The position numbers and the translations under genes are program-made. Under the pieces are notes generated by a model, which made no database searches, was not told the origin of the DNA, and was given only the letters and a program-made list of their open reading frames with translations. A stretch of DNA of 63,482 nt, filler included, from Trichomonas gallinae (Eukaryota), in the NCBI GenBank assembly GCA_008369845.1. It is 4 parts of 4 records of this genome, joined end to end, with 100 filler letters (N's around TTAATTAATTAA, not from the genome) between each part and the next. Parts side by side here need not be neighbours in the genome. Positions count along the whole stretch, not along the records: positions 1 to 16,949 come from MRSU01001438.1; positions 17,050 to 39,591 come from MRSU01001439.1; 2 more parts are not named here. One strand, given 5' to 3'. Numbering within the stretch: the first letter of the stretch is position 1; each line of letters starts with the position of its first letter. Below are positions 11,344 through 21,262 of the stretch, piece by piece.

Positions 11344-11599
11344 GGGTCCGCTACGCGACCAAATAGCGATCTCAATTTTTCAATGCGATATTGAAAATTA
11401 TCGTTTTGCCCAGAAAAATAAACTCACTTTTTGAAGAGATTTAATGCGCTAACAACATGCATCACTTTTTAGGTGGTGCTAGTATCATCTAAAAAATAAT
11501 TCTCTCGCTTAATTTTTTAAATTAATCGGCCCTAATACTCACTTTTGGAGAGGTCATCCAAAAATAGACGATAGACCGCTATTTGGCCGGAGCGGACCC
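11344..11599. mobile_element. Non-autonomous DNA transposon (MITE), PIF/Harbinger-like
   Basis: Imperfect TIRs: GGGTCCGCTACGCGACCAAATAGCGATCT (11344-11372) versus the reverse complement of 11573-11599, GGGTCCGCTCCGGCCAAATAGCGGTCT. Flanked by TAA on both sides (11341-43, 11600-02); no ORF. Confidence 0.8.
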
Positions 11600-11676
11600 T
11601 AAAGCATATAAAAATAATTTGATCAATTAAAGATAGATAGATAGTATAATTTAAAAACAATGTATAAAACTATATA

Positions 11677-12702
11677 TTAAAAATTAATGAATCTAACAAG
11701 GGATACAGCTCCAACGGTGAGAAAAACCATCATTGCTTTCCCCCAGTGGAAATTAGACTCTGGATTATTATATTTCTCCGCATCTGCGATTATCTGTTTG
11801 AGATCCCAATCTTTGTAGCGCTGGATGCGGCCTAACTTTAGGTTAGGAAGTTGTGCAAAATGTGCCAAACATAATGACTGGACGTATTGGTGCACAACTT
11901 GTCTGTGGGCAAGTATTCTATCCCAAATAGCGACTATGCCCTGGTAGTTATGCTCTTCAGCGAATAATAATATTTCCCACCTCAGAGCAAAGTGAATTGA
12001 TGTTTGATGGCCAAATGTGAGATTATTCATCAAGTTGGAGTTAATTGTCAGTAACTTTTGATCCAACTCATGGAAATGGTTTTCGAGGGATTGGGAATCC
12101 TTTAAATAGTTAGTTATACCCGATAACTCAATGAGTTTCGATGATAAGTAGTATGCAGAAGCTTCGGCGATTATATCAGGAAGGTTATTCTCCGTTGTAA
12201 ACAACAAGGCAATCAAATAACTAATATATACGTAGCGTTCGCATCCCTGGATGTATTGGAAGTTCGGCTGGGTTAAGTGCATTATTGTTAGAATGCGTGA
12301 CGCACAGAACAAAGCTCCATCAGTTTTCGAATTTGGAAGATTGGCGGTTAACGCTAAATCATTGAAGAAGCGAACAGTACGGTGCAAATCATTGTGTATT
12401 TGAGCTTCAACATTGTGTGAAAGTGCCAGAAGTGGAGAATTTAAGTTTTGGTTTAATTCGAAATTAATATTAGTCTCATAATCATTAACGAGATCTAATA
12501 TATGTGCTCCCCATTTGTTGAACTCTTGAGGAAGAATGTTCAATGCAGCCATCCATGAAAGAAACCTTTCTGTGTATTGATTTGATGTATTATCTTGGAG
12601 TAAGAATGCATCTGCATCAATGATGCCCCTTATCTTGTTTTTAGCGCCGTATATAGATTGCAATAGTCTGTGGTCTTCAACGTTAGACCGTGAACTAAGC
12701 AT
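11677..12702 (-). CDS. TBC-domain Rab GTPase-activating protein
   Basis: QIHNDLHRT (Arg finger), YIQG (Gln finger), FALRWEILLFAEE and IWDRIL motifs. Confidence 0.88.
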   Translation of the reverse strand: MLSSRSNVEDHRLLQSIYGAKNKIRGIIDADAFLLQDNTSNQYTERFLSWMAALNILPQEFNKWGAHILDLVNDYETNINFELNQNLNSPLLALSHNVEAQIHNDLHRTVRFFNDLALTANLPNSKTDGALFCASRILTIMHLTQPNFQYIQGCERYVYISYLIALLFTTENNLPDIIAEASAYYLSSKLIELSGITNYLKDSQSLENHFHELDQKLLTINSNLMNNLTFGHQTSIHFALRWEILLFAEEHNYQGIVAIWDRILAHRQVVHQYVQSLCLAHFAQLPNLKLGRIQRYKDWDLKQIIADAEKYNNPESNFHWGKAMMVFLTVGAVSLVRFINF

Positions 12703-14554
12703 TTATTATATATGTGAGACGATAAAAAAAATTGATAATTGAAAGGTACGATAGGATATTTGTGAGGGTAAAATTGAGGGAAAATTTCGTAAACTAATGA
12801 AAAGAAATTGAATATAAAAGTAAAATTGAAGTTTTTAATTTTTTGTGTTTTTATGGGATTGAATAGCTTATATATTCTATATTGAACGCGATTAAGGGAA
12901 ATGAGGTGAAATTTCGTCACTTTTCAATTTTTGTGGGACATCAAATTAAATTAACGAATAAAAAATAATCGGCGACAATGGTAATTTTCGTTGCTATATG
13001 CAAATTCAATTCAATGTTTTACTCATATTTAAGCGAATTTTCAAAGTTCGTAGCGGGGGTCATGTGAATTGAATTTTGCTTAATTATGCATATTAGCATA
13101 TAAGAAGTATATTGAATTTATGATTAATTGAAATTATTTGATTGACAAAATTTTGAATCATTTTATATTATTTATTAGCATATATACAGTAATACAAAAT
13201 CAATTCATTTTTGAATATGAGCTCAAATAATTTTTTGATGCATTAATTTATACATTTATTATTAAATTTCAACAATAAACAATTTCAATAGTGTAAAAAT
13301 TTTATGCAACAAAATTTTAAAATTCTGCATAACTATGACTATCTATCATAATATAATTTTCAATTTATATCTCAAATAATTTCAAATAATTTATTTCTTT
13401 TGAAATATGCTATTTATTATATATTTATATTATTTATATCATCAAATCATAAATAAGTTTTTTGAGATTAAATATTGCATTTGTAGTCATCATATATTTG
13501 TATTTCATGATCTTGGGAACGAATGTACCAATTTTGAATGTATCTTTATCGTATTTAATCTCAAAACAAAAAATCACAGGAAATTTGGTCTTATATTTTC
13601 AGCCACCCAATTTGATATGGTATATGGCACCTATCGAGGTTATGTCCACGAAATGGCAAATCGAATGTTATGTTTTTCGAAAAATCTGGAGATTTAACCC
13701 GATCTTTTCCAATCTATCAAGAAAAATATGATCTACTAACAGCCTAAAACCGATTCAATCAGTGTTGTTAATTCATTTCTACTTTTTTTGTGCTCGTGAA
13801 TTTGAGTATATTGACAATGCAGACCTGAGTCTTTGTGTATGCTATATTCATGTCTTGTGTGAGCGATTTCTATAATGAAATCGCATTAAAATTTTGAAAA
13901 TTTTCATCAATTTTGATATGGTTGAATATTTACTCGAAAGAACATAAAATGTAAATAGTTCATTGTCACTATATCTATTTTGTATCTTAATCATCTTGTA
14001 AACACTGTTATTTCAACCAATGAAATTGCCAAATTTCGATTTACAGTAATAAATTGAGATGAATCCGCGACATCGATGTAATCTAATATTACTTAGAATA
14101 AATCTCATAATTTATTGATTTCGAACTAAATTCGAGTGAGGCTCTCTAATAATCATTAGACTTACTTGGCACTCTAATAAGATAATATAAACTATGTTTG
14201 GGTGTTAATTATTGAAGATCTACATATTTTTAATAATGGGAATTTGTTATAGAAGAATTATATCAAAGCCTTTTCAAGGAATTAAGTCATGCATTTTACC
14301 ATCATATGATATGATGTATATAGTATGAACACGCAAAGATATTATTATTAATCTTCATTTTTCAATCAAATTTTCAAAACATGAAATTTGTTTTTGTCAC
14401 AATCATCAGTATTAAAAGTTATATCCAAAAACAAGATGATTTTAGTTTTTAATTTTCTCAAAATTTCTAATTTTCATCAGGATTTTCTATTTTTTAAAAT
14501 ATCTTTTGAAAAAAATTGATATTTTCACTTTTTTATTATACGTTTAGCATTTTA

Positions 14555-15145
14555 ATGAATATCTTTCAGGAGGTCTTCGCGAGTGTTTCGAAGTCTAACA
14601 ACAAGAAAGCTCAAACGTGCAGAGGCATCGAAAACACATTCAATGGGAACAAAGCTCAGGATGCAAAGTACAAATCGATGCCAAGATCAAAATCACCAAT
14701 CAAGTCAGTTTCACGCAAAGATGACAAGAATGAGGATTCATTTTTATCATTAGCTAAGGGAAGGCGCTCAAAGACACCCACAGTACAGCCAGCGAAAGTT
14801 GAGAGACCGAAGAAACCAGAACCAGTTGATCCAAAATCACAAATTGATAAAAAGAACAAAGAATTACATCAAATTGAACTTCAAATCATGAATGCAAAAT
14901 CTGAAATCGCAAATCTTCGCAAATCATTGGAATCCGAGAAAATCCATACAGAAAAACTGAAGGAAGAGAACAGCAAGTTAAACATTCAAAAGCTAGCTCT
15001 CGAAAAACAAAACAAATCTGAAGAGGCAGAAATTGAAGCCGTAATCAAGGAACAAAAGGATATATTAAGAAAGCGTCAAGAATTCCTCGAATACTGGTAT
15101 TATGAAATCGTTACAAAACTTGACAACTACAAAAAATATATCTAA
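14555..15145 (+). CDS. Hypothetical coiled-coil protein
   Basis: First ATG at 14555, downstream of an Inr-like TCACTTTT; K/E-rich heptad C-terminal half. Confidence 0.7.
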   Translation: MNIFQEVFASVSKSNNKKAQTCRGIENTFNGNKAQDAKYKSMPRSKSPIKSVSRKDDKNEDSFLSLAKGRRSKTPTVQPAKVERPKKPEPVDPKSQIDKKNKELHQIELQIMNAKSEIANLRKSLESEKIHTEKLKEENSKLNIQKLALEKQNKSEEAEIEAVIKEQKDILRKRQEFLEYWYYEIVTKLDNYKKYI

Positions 15146-15593
15146 TTTTACTCTAATTTTTATCGAAATCTTAAAATAGACAATGTTTGTTATTTAAAAA
15201 TCTTTATTCTGTTATTTAAACGAATGATGTCATGTTGTGTTTCATATAAATTAAAAATTCATCATCAAAAAATACAAATTATTGAACATAACTTAGCACA
15301 ATTTTCAGATAATGACTATGTATATTAGAATATGATAGTCAAACAATACATTGGATATTGAGATCATGAATAAAAATTAAAAATACATAAAGGATATATT
15401 CTCTATGAACTTTTGGATTAGTATTAATATGGAACTACTGCACACTTATACTACTGGGATTATGTGAACATTGATTTTGAACTTTTAATAAATTCTGAAA
15501 CAACTTTCTATTATCAATGTAAGTATTAAAAACATGTATAGATGTAAGTGATCATTCTTTATAATAATAAACAATATAAAAATAGCATTAAAA

Positions 15594-16592
15594 TTATAAG
15601 TGTAATTCTGCCGGCTCATCACCTTCTGTTCCTCTTGGTGGGGTGCCAGGACGCGGACCAATGAAGTACTCTTCGTCATAGTCAACTGGAGGAAATGTTG
15701 TGAAGCTGCAGCTCAGCTCTTCATCAACTTGAAGTGTTGCACCGCGGTTTTCATATTCATAGCAATAGTTTGGTGCAGAGAACACAGTAACAATACCCTG
15801 CTGAGCATCAAATGGGAAGTTGTAACCACTCATAACAGCTTGATGGCCTCTGACTACAAGATCAAAATTGAATTTCTTCAAAAACTTCTCTAATGGGGCC
15901 ATTCCAAATACATATGAAGCTCCTCTATCATTAAGTCCCCAGTCTTCCTCTTCAATATCAGGATCAGACCAAACTAAATCGCAGACTAATCCTTCTTCTG
16001 GAATATCGAATGGTCTTTGCGGTCCAAGCTCTTCAATCTGTTTAAGATCATCTAAGTATGGCGAAATTCCACCATGAACGCAGAAAATTCGATCATCAAT
16101 GATTGCACATAAAGGAAGATAGTTAAATACATCAGAAAATGTCTTCCAAAGCGTTATATTGTATCTTTCAACACATTCATCGTAGAAACCAAACTCTCTG
16201 TTGATATATGAACATTCATGATTCCCGCGAAGTAAAAAGAAACTCTCTGGATGCTTGATCTTGTAAGCAAACAACAAGCAGATCGTTTCAAGGCTATTGA
16301 CGCCTCTATCTACGTAATCGCCCATGAATAAATAATTTGTTTTCGTTGGCTCGCCATTTTTCTCGAAAATACGAAGAAGATCGTGATATTGACCATGAAC
16401 ATCACCAACTACTGTCATTGGTGGCTTAAGTTCAAGCAATATTGGCTGCGAAGCGATAATCTTTTTTGTTTCTGCGCAAAGCAAGTTGATTTCTTCTATT
16501 TTAAGACCAGCTGATGATCCAAGTGGCTGTGTTTTGACCACCAAAAGTCTCTCTATAATATTATCAAGCAATTCGCCTGTTAATTCGGACAT
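15594..16592 (-). CDS. PP1: Serine/threonine protein phosphatase PP1 catalytic subunit
   Basis: GDVHG, GDYVDRG, LRGNHE, HGG and SAPNY motifs; C-terminal PGTPPR matches the PP1 inhibitory CDK site. ATG at 16592. Confidence 0.95.
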   Translation of the reverse strand: MSELTGELLDNIIERLLVVKTQPLGSSAGLKIEEINLLCAETKKIIASQPILLELKPPMTVVGDVHGQYHDLLRIFEKNGEPTKTNYLFMGDYVDRGVNSLETICLLFAYKIKHPESFFLLRGNHECSYINREFGFYDECVERYNITLWKTFSDVFNYLPLCAIIDDRIFCVHGGISPYLDDLKQIEELGPQRPFDIPEEGLVCDLVWSDPDIEEEDWGLNDRGASYVFGMAPLEKFLKKFNFDLVVRGHQAVMSGYNFPFDAQQGIVTVFSAPNYCYEYENRGATLQVDEELSCSFTTFPPVDYDEEYFIGPRPGTPPRGTEGDEPAELHL

Positions 16593-16949
16593 TATTAGAA
16601 AATGCACGTTTAAAATTTTGATCCCTTGTCACTTTTTAACTGGATCATTTGACACTTTATCTCATCACATCGCGCATTCAAACGCACACAGTGAGTGGGT
16701 CATATTTATATCGATTTCAGTTTATTATTCTCATTTTTCAATGAAATTCTTATTCGAATTTCATTAAAACATCAATATCAAACAATATAAATATAGGATA
16801 TAGTATATTATCAATCAGTAAATATCTAAATTGCTGATATCATGAGTTAGTTATATATTTTATTATAATCGAATATTCATTATGATATACAAAATTTACC
16901 ACAGTAAGTAGGGGAAATTACTATGAATTATGTATTCATTTGATATGAC

Positions 16950-17049
16950 NNNNNNNNNNNNNNNNNNNNNNNNNNNNNNNNNNNNNNNNNNNNTTAATTA
17001 ATTAANNNNNNNNNNNNNNNNNNNNNNNNNNNNNNNNNNNNNNNNNNNN
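16950..17049. other. Artificial contig spacer (44 N + TTAATTAATTAA + 44 N)
   Basis: Linker with stops in all six frames; identical structure at three places in the window. Confidence 0.98.
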
Positions 17050-17135
17050 AGGTGCTGCATATCGACGACAAATTGCTTACGGTCGAGGAGTTTGTTGACG
17101 ATGTACTTGCGAATGTGAAGGGTGACCTTGGACAT
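17050..17135 (-). CDS. RPS24: 40S ribosomal protein S24 (eS24), 5' part, cut by the gap
   Basis: MSKVTLHIRKYIVNKLLDRKQFVVDMQH matches the eS24 N-terminus (T.RTRK...N.LL.RKQ.V.D..HP). Confidence 0.88.
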
Positions 17136-17140
17136 TACAA

Positions 17141-17145
17141 AAAGG
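17141..17145 (-). promoter_or_regulatory. CCTTT (trichomonad motif 5) alternative initiator upstream of RPS24
   Basis: Minus strand reads GGCCTTTTTGTAATG. M5 is known to be enriched in T. vaginalis ribosomal protein genes. Confidence 0.65.
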
Positions 17146-17846
17146 CCAGCCCACAACCTCCGACACTTTTTCGCTCCAAAGCCAAAAAAATCTTTATTCA
17201 TTTTTAACAAGTTTTTTACAACCATTTGACTGCATAAATACCAAATATTCTGCTAATTTCCTGATTTTTTGAGTTTTTCGAAATGCATCTAAAATAAATC
17301 AGGAAAAAATAGTTCATATTTATGCCTAAAAAATAACGATTTTTCTGATTTCTTGAACTTTTTTTAAAAATTAAAATCTAAGATTTAGATTGATAATTGA
17401 TTTAGAGCAATTTTCTCCCGAAAAGTTTTGTTTTAGGTAAGATATTAGAATTGACTTCGTTATATTTAAAGGCTTTGTATATATCATCTATTATATATGT
17501 TGAAAATTATCTTAAAAACATTATTGCTTAAATCAAAACTCTTATAAATCGATTCTAATATAAAAATGAATATTGGACCTATATAAAATATTAGATATTT
17601 GCTTATATTAGTTTATAGATCGTATTTAATTAAGTGACATTATGTTATTGAGCTATATAAGATCTTACAAAATTAAAATTAATAACATCAGATAATATAT
17701 AATATCATCGAAAAGTTCTCGGATTTCAGATACAGCATTTAATGAAGGATTAAAGAAGTTTGGATGAAATATTTACTATCATTTTCATGTGTTTTTAGGT
17801 AGAAAAAGTAGAAAGATGAACTACCAAAAGTGACAAATCCCAAATA

Positions 17847-18776
17847 ATGTCATACGGAAACCAAGGAAATTACCAAGGTGGCGGCGGCAATTACAGAGAC
17901 CAGGGTGACAACTACAACGGACCTAACGGAAATAGCCGTGGATATGACAACTACAATGGAAATCAGGGCGGAAATTACAATGACCGCGGAAATCAGGGCG
18001 GATACGGCGGAAATCAAGGCAACTACAATGACAGAGGCTATGATAGAAACCAGGGAAATTATGGTGGAAATCAAGGCAATTATAATGATCGCAACGGAGG
18101 AAGATACGATAATTATAACGATGGACCACGCGGAGGATACAACGGTCCTAATAGAGGTGGTTATGACAACGGATATAATGATGGACCTCAAAGAGGAAAT
18201 TACTACGATGGATACGGCGGAAATGGCCGTGGATACGACAACTACAATGGTAACCAAGGCGGAAACTATAATGACAGAGGTTATGGAAATCGCGGATATG
18301 ATAATGGTTACGACGGAGGCCGTGGTGGAAACTACAACGATGGAAACCATGGCAATTACAACGGAAATCGCGGAAACTACAACGACGGTGGCTACAGTGG
18401 CGGCCGCGGAAATTACAATGATAGCTATAATGGCCCACGCGGAGGCAATGGTGGCGACCACCGCGGCTATGATAACGGCCAGCGCAGTGGTGGCTACAGC
18501 GGCGGAAGAAGCATCGGATATAATGATGGTGGCCGCGGAGGTTACAGCAGTGAGCGTGGTGGCTACAGCAATGACCGTGGATCCAGTGGTGGCGGGTATA
18601 ATGGCAGAGATAATGGCCGTGGAGGCGGATATAACCGTGGTGGCAGAGACAGCGGTCCATCCCCTGAGCCACCGTCTACTGAAATGATCGATAAGGCTCG
18701 GGATATTATTGAGCATGGCGAACTCAAATTACATACAGAAGAATCTCAATTTGTCATAAACGAACCATGGGAGTAA
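17847..18776 (+). CDS. Gly/Asn/Tyr/Arg-rich low-complexity (RGG, prion-like) protein
   Basis: ~270 aa of GNYNDRG/RGGY repeats plus a short unique C-terminus; AAAAGTGAC at 17826-17834 just upstream of the ATG. Confidence 0.8.
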   Translation: MSYGNQGNYQGGGGNYRDQGDNYNGPNGNSRGYDNYNGNQGGNYNDRGNQGGYGGNQGNYNDRGYDRNQGNYGGNQGNYNDRNGGRYDNYNDGPRGGYNGPNRGGYDNGYNDGPQRGNYYDGYGGNGRGYDNYNGNQGGNYNDRGYGNRGYDNGYDGGRGGNYNDGNHGNYNGNRGNYNDGGYSGGRGNYNDSYNGPRGGNGGDHRGYDNGQRSGGYSGGRSIGYNDGGRGGYSSERGGYSNDRGSSGGGYNGRDNGRGGGYNRGGRDSGPSPEPPSTEMIDKARDIIEHGELKLHTEESQFVINEPWE

Positions 18777-18965
18777 TTGTATTGTTATCATATTCGCTTA
18801 TTACTGACATTTTAATTAATAATTCTCGCTAAAATTTACAAAACATTATTCATGAAAATATTTTCGAAATTGAACAAAAAATAACATAAGTACTGCTTTA
18901 TAAGATCTATTTACTAACAAAATTATAATAAAAACATATAATAAAAAGTATAATAATTCATGAAA

Positions 18966-20996
18966 TTATTTTGATGCCTTCTCAGCCTTAGATTTTGATT
19001 TCTTTGGCGATTTCTTCCTTGAGCTCTTTTTAGGAGACTTCTTTCTCTTCTTAGACGAAGCAGATTTTTCTGCTTCTTTGAGTTCTTCGATTTTATCGAC
19101 AAGGAAGATCGGATCGCTCGTGTATTGGCTGAAATCTATCTGAGGAGGCACAAAGTTCTTGATTTGCTCTGGATCTTGGATTTTTTCCTTTGTTTCTTCA
19201 ATTATTTTCTGAATTTGGTCGATTTTTCTTTGCAAGTCCATTTCTTCTGCCTGCTGCTGCTCTTGCTCTTTTTGCATTTCTTCTTTAAGCTTCTCTGTGT
19301 CAGCTAATATTTTCTCAGTCAAAACTTCTTCGCGAGCCGTGCTGTTTATGATGTCCTGGATCTGTCCTTCGAGCTGTGATTTCATTATTTCGCGCTCTTC
19401 TTCGTTCTTTTTAGCTAATTTATGTTCTTCTTGAGTCATTTCTTTTTGTATTGAGATTAACTTGTTCAGCTCAGTCAGCTTCTGCTCGGAGTTCTGGTAT
19501 GTGTTTGCAATTTCAGCTTGTGTGTCTATAACATCAGATTCTAGTTGCCTTCTCGTTTCCTTCAAGCTTTTAAGACGAGACTCAGCTTCTGGCATCTTAG
19601 TTCTTTGGATTGAAAGCTGAACGAGCTCTTTTTTGAGCGGTTGCAGGTTGACTTCTCTTTGAATTTGTTTATTTCTAGAGCAAAGCTGGTTTATTGCTTG
19701 GGCAACAAAATGATCAATTTGTGTTGCAGAAACATCAATTGAAAAGATGATTTCGTTTGTTCTTATTGCTTCTAATATTGAGTATCCGCATTCTCTTGTT
19801 AAAAAGTTATCACATATCTTCAAAACACGGAGTCCTTTGTTCTCTTTAAGAGCATTTGCTATTTCAACAGCAAATTCATCGGAAATTCGACAAGACGACA
19901 AATTTAATTTTGTTAAAGAATCATTGCCCGAAATCGATTGTGCAATAGCGTGGGCACCTATGTCTCCAATTCCATTCTTGGAAATGTCCAAACAACACAA
20001 GACATTATTTTGAGATATTAATTCCGATATATGATCAGCGCTTTGATTTGTTATGCCATTATTTCCAACATTCAACTCACATAATGTGAAATTTTCAATC
20101 AATGCTTGAGAAATAGCCATGAATCCAAGATCTCCAATTTCATTATCGGAAATATCAAGGACAATCAAACTTTCATTCGTTTTCAATGATTCAGCGAGCG
20201 CAATACCAGCCTTTTCTGATAATTGGCACTTGTGAATATCAAGATATGTTAAGCTTTTCATGTTATTTAATTGCGAGAGGAAATTTGGACCAAATGGATC
20301 AGGAAGAGGCGATATGTGCATGTCCAAGAACTTCAAGTTGGGGTTAAGAAGAAGTCCATTAGTGACAACTTCTTGTTCTTTCGGCGCAAAACCATTTTCT
20401 GAAATCGAGATCGATTTTAATGCAGTACTTGTCTCAATGTATCTTGCCAAATCACTATCCATTGTCAATCTACGAGCTCCAACACGAAAACTCATCGTTA
20501 ATCCTGATAATCCCATACATTCAATTCGATCTGCGGCATTTACTGCTCTAACGATATCTGAAAGCGCAGGAATGGTAAATTTGTTGTTATGCCATGCGAC
20601 CCCTGATGTGCCAATTTGAAGACTAGTAATACTTGTATTGTTAATGATATCAATTATAGAAGGAACTGCTTGATTAGTAAAATCATTACATCCTATGTCG
20701 AGGACTTTGACTTTCGTATTTACCATCAACAATTGCAAAAGGCTGTGAATTCCATGATCACGTATCAGGTTTCCGTACAAATTAAAAGCTGTAATATGTT
20801 GATTTGCTCTTAATATTTTCGATAACTTTGTTAAAACGTTGATTCCTATTCTCTGACCTGATAAATTTAAAACTCCAATCGCGAATGATGCTTTTAATTG
20901 ATTGCAAAACCGTTTATAGTCATCTTCTGAGTAAGGCGCATTGTTATCCCTCAGTTTTGCTTTAAAAATTCCTTCAAAAGAAGGATCATTCGACAT
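18966..20996 (-). CDS. Leucine-rich repeat (RNI-like) protein with C-terminal coiled coil
   Basis: Repeated L..LDIS.N.IGD.G units, coiled coil and basic tail; ATG at 20996. Confidence 0.88.
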   Translation of the reverse strand: MSNDPSFEGIFKAKLRDNNAPYSEDDYKRFCNQLKASFAIGVLNLSGQRIGINVLTKLSKILRANQHITAFNLYGNLIRDHGIHSLLQLLMVNTKVKVLDIGCNDFTNQAVPSIIDIINNTSITSLQIGTSGVAWHNNKFTIPALSDIVRAVNAADRIECMGLSGLTMSFRVGARRLTMDSDLARYIETSTALKSISISENGFAPKEQEVVTNGLLLNPNLKFLDMHISPLPDPFGPNFLSQLNNMKSLTYLDIHKCQLSEKAGIALAESLKTNESLIVLDISDNEIGDLGFMAISQALIENFTLCELNVGNNGITNQSADHISELISQNNVLCCLDISKNGIGDIGAHAIAQSISGNDSLTKLNLSSCRISDEFAVEIANALKENKGLRVLKICDNFLTRECGYSILEAIRTNEIIFSIDVSATQIDHFVAQAINQLCSRNKQIQREVNLQPLKKELVQLSIQRTKMPEAESRLKSLKETRRQLESDVIDTQAEIANTYQNSEQKLTELNKLISIQKEMTQEEHKLAKKNEEEREIMKSQLEGQIQDIINSTAREEVLTEKILADTEKLKEEMQKEQEQQQAEEMDLQRKIDQIQKIIEETKEKIQDPEQIKNFVPPQIDFSQYTSDPIFLVDKIEELKEAEKSASSKKRKKSPKKSSRKKSPKKSKSKAEKASK

Positions 20997-21073
20997 AATA
21001 AAAAAATTAAACGAATATAACCTTATTAATAACCTTAAATACAAACATTTTATAAAAAGCCACTTTTCTATAA

Positions 21074-21250
21074 TTTTTGACTATGTAAAGCACTCAATAT
21101 CAAATAATTTGACTTTGTAAAGTGCTTAATGTCAAATTGTTTTTTAATTTTGTAAAGTATTGAGTATCAAATTATTTGACATTGTAAAGCATTCAATACC
21201 TAAGTAGTTGACATCATAAAGTGTTCAATGTCAAATTTTTTGATGTGTAA
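21074..21250. repeat. Degenerate ~32-34 bp tandem repeat, about 5.5 copies
   Basis: Units such as TTTTGACTATGTAAAGCACTCAATATCAAATAA, TTTTGACTTTGTAAAGTGCTTAATGTCAAATTG and TTTGACATTGTAAAGCATTCAATACCTAAGTA. Confidence 0.85.
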
Positions 21251-21262
21251 TACTTATTATTA

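Noticed and set aside
13407..13731. Two overlapping short ORFs in the gene-free interval
   Set aside because: AT-rich I/F/Y/N-biased translations with no recognisable family; a decayed gene is possible but unsupported.
16994..17005. TTAATTAATTAA palindrome recurring three times inside N runs
   Set aside because: Scaffolding linker with stops in all six frames; not biological. Adjacency across these gaps is unverified.
17850..18716. Long overlapping ORFs in other frames and on the opposite strand of the Gly/Asn-rich gene
   Set aside because: Expected by-product of low-complexity GGN/AAY/TAY codons that lack stops in alternate frames.
21074..21250. CRISPR-like appearance of the ~33-bp palindromic repeats
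   Set aside because: Units are directly adjacent with no unique spacers, degenerate throughout, with no cas genes, in a eukaryotic context.
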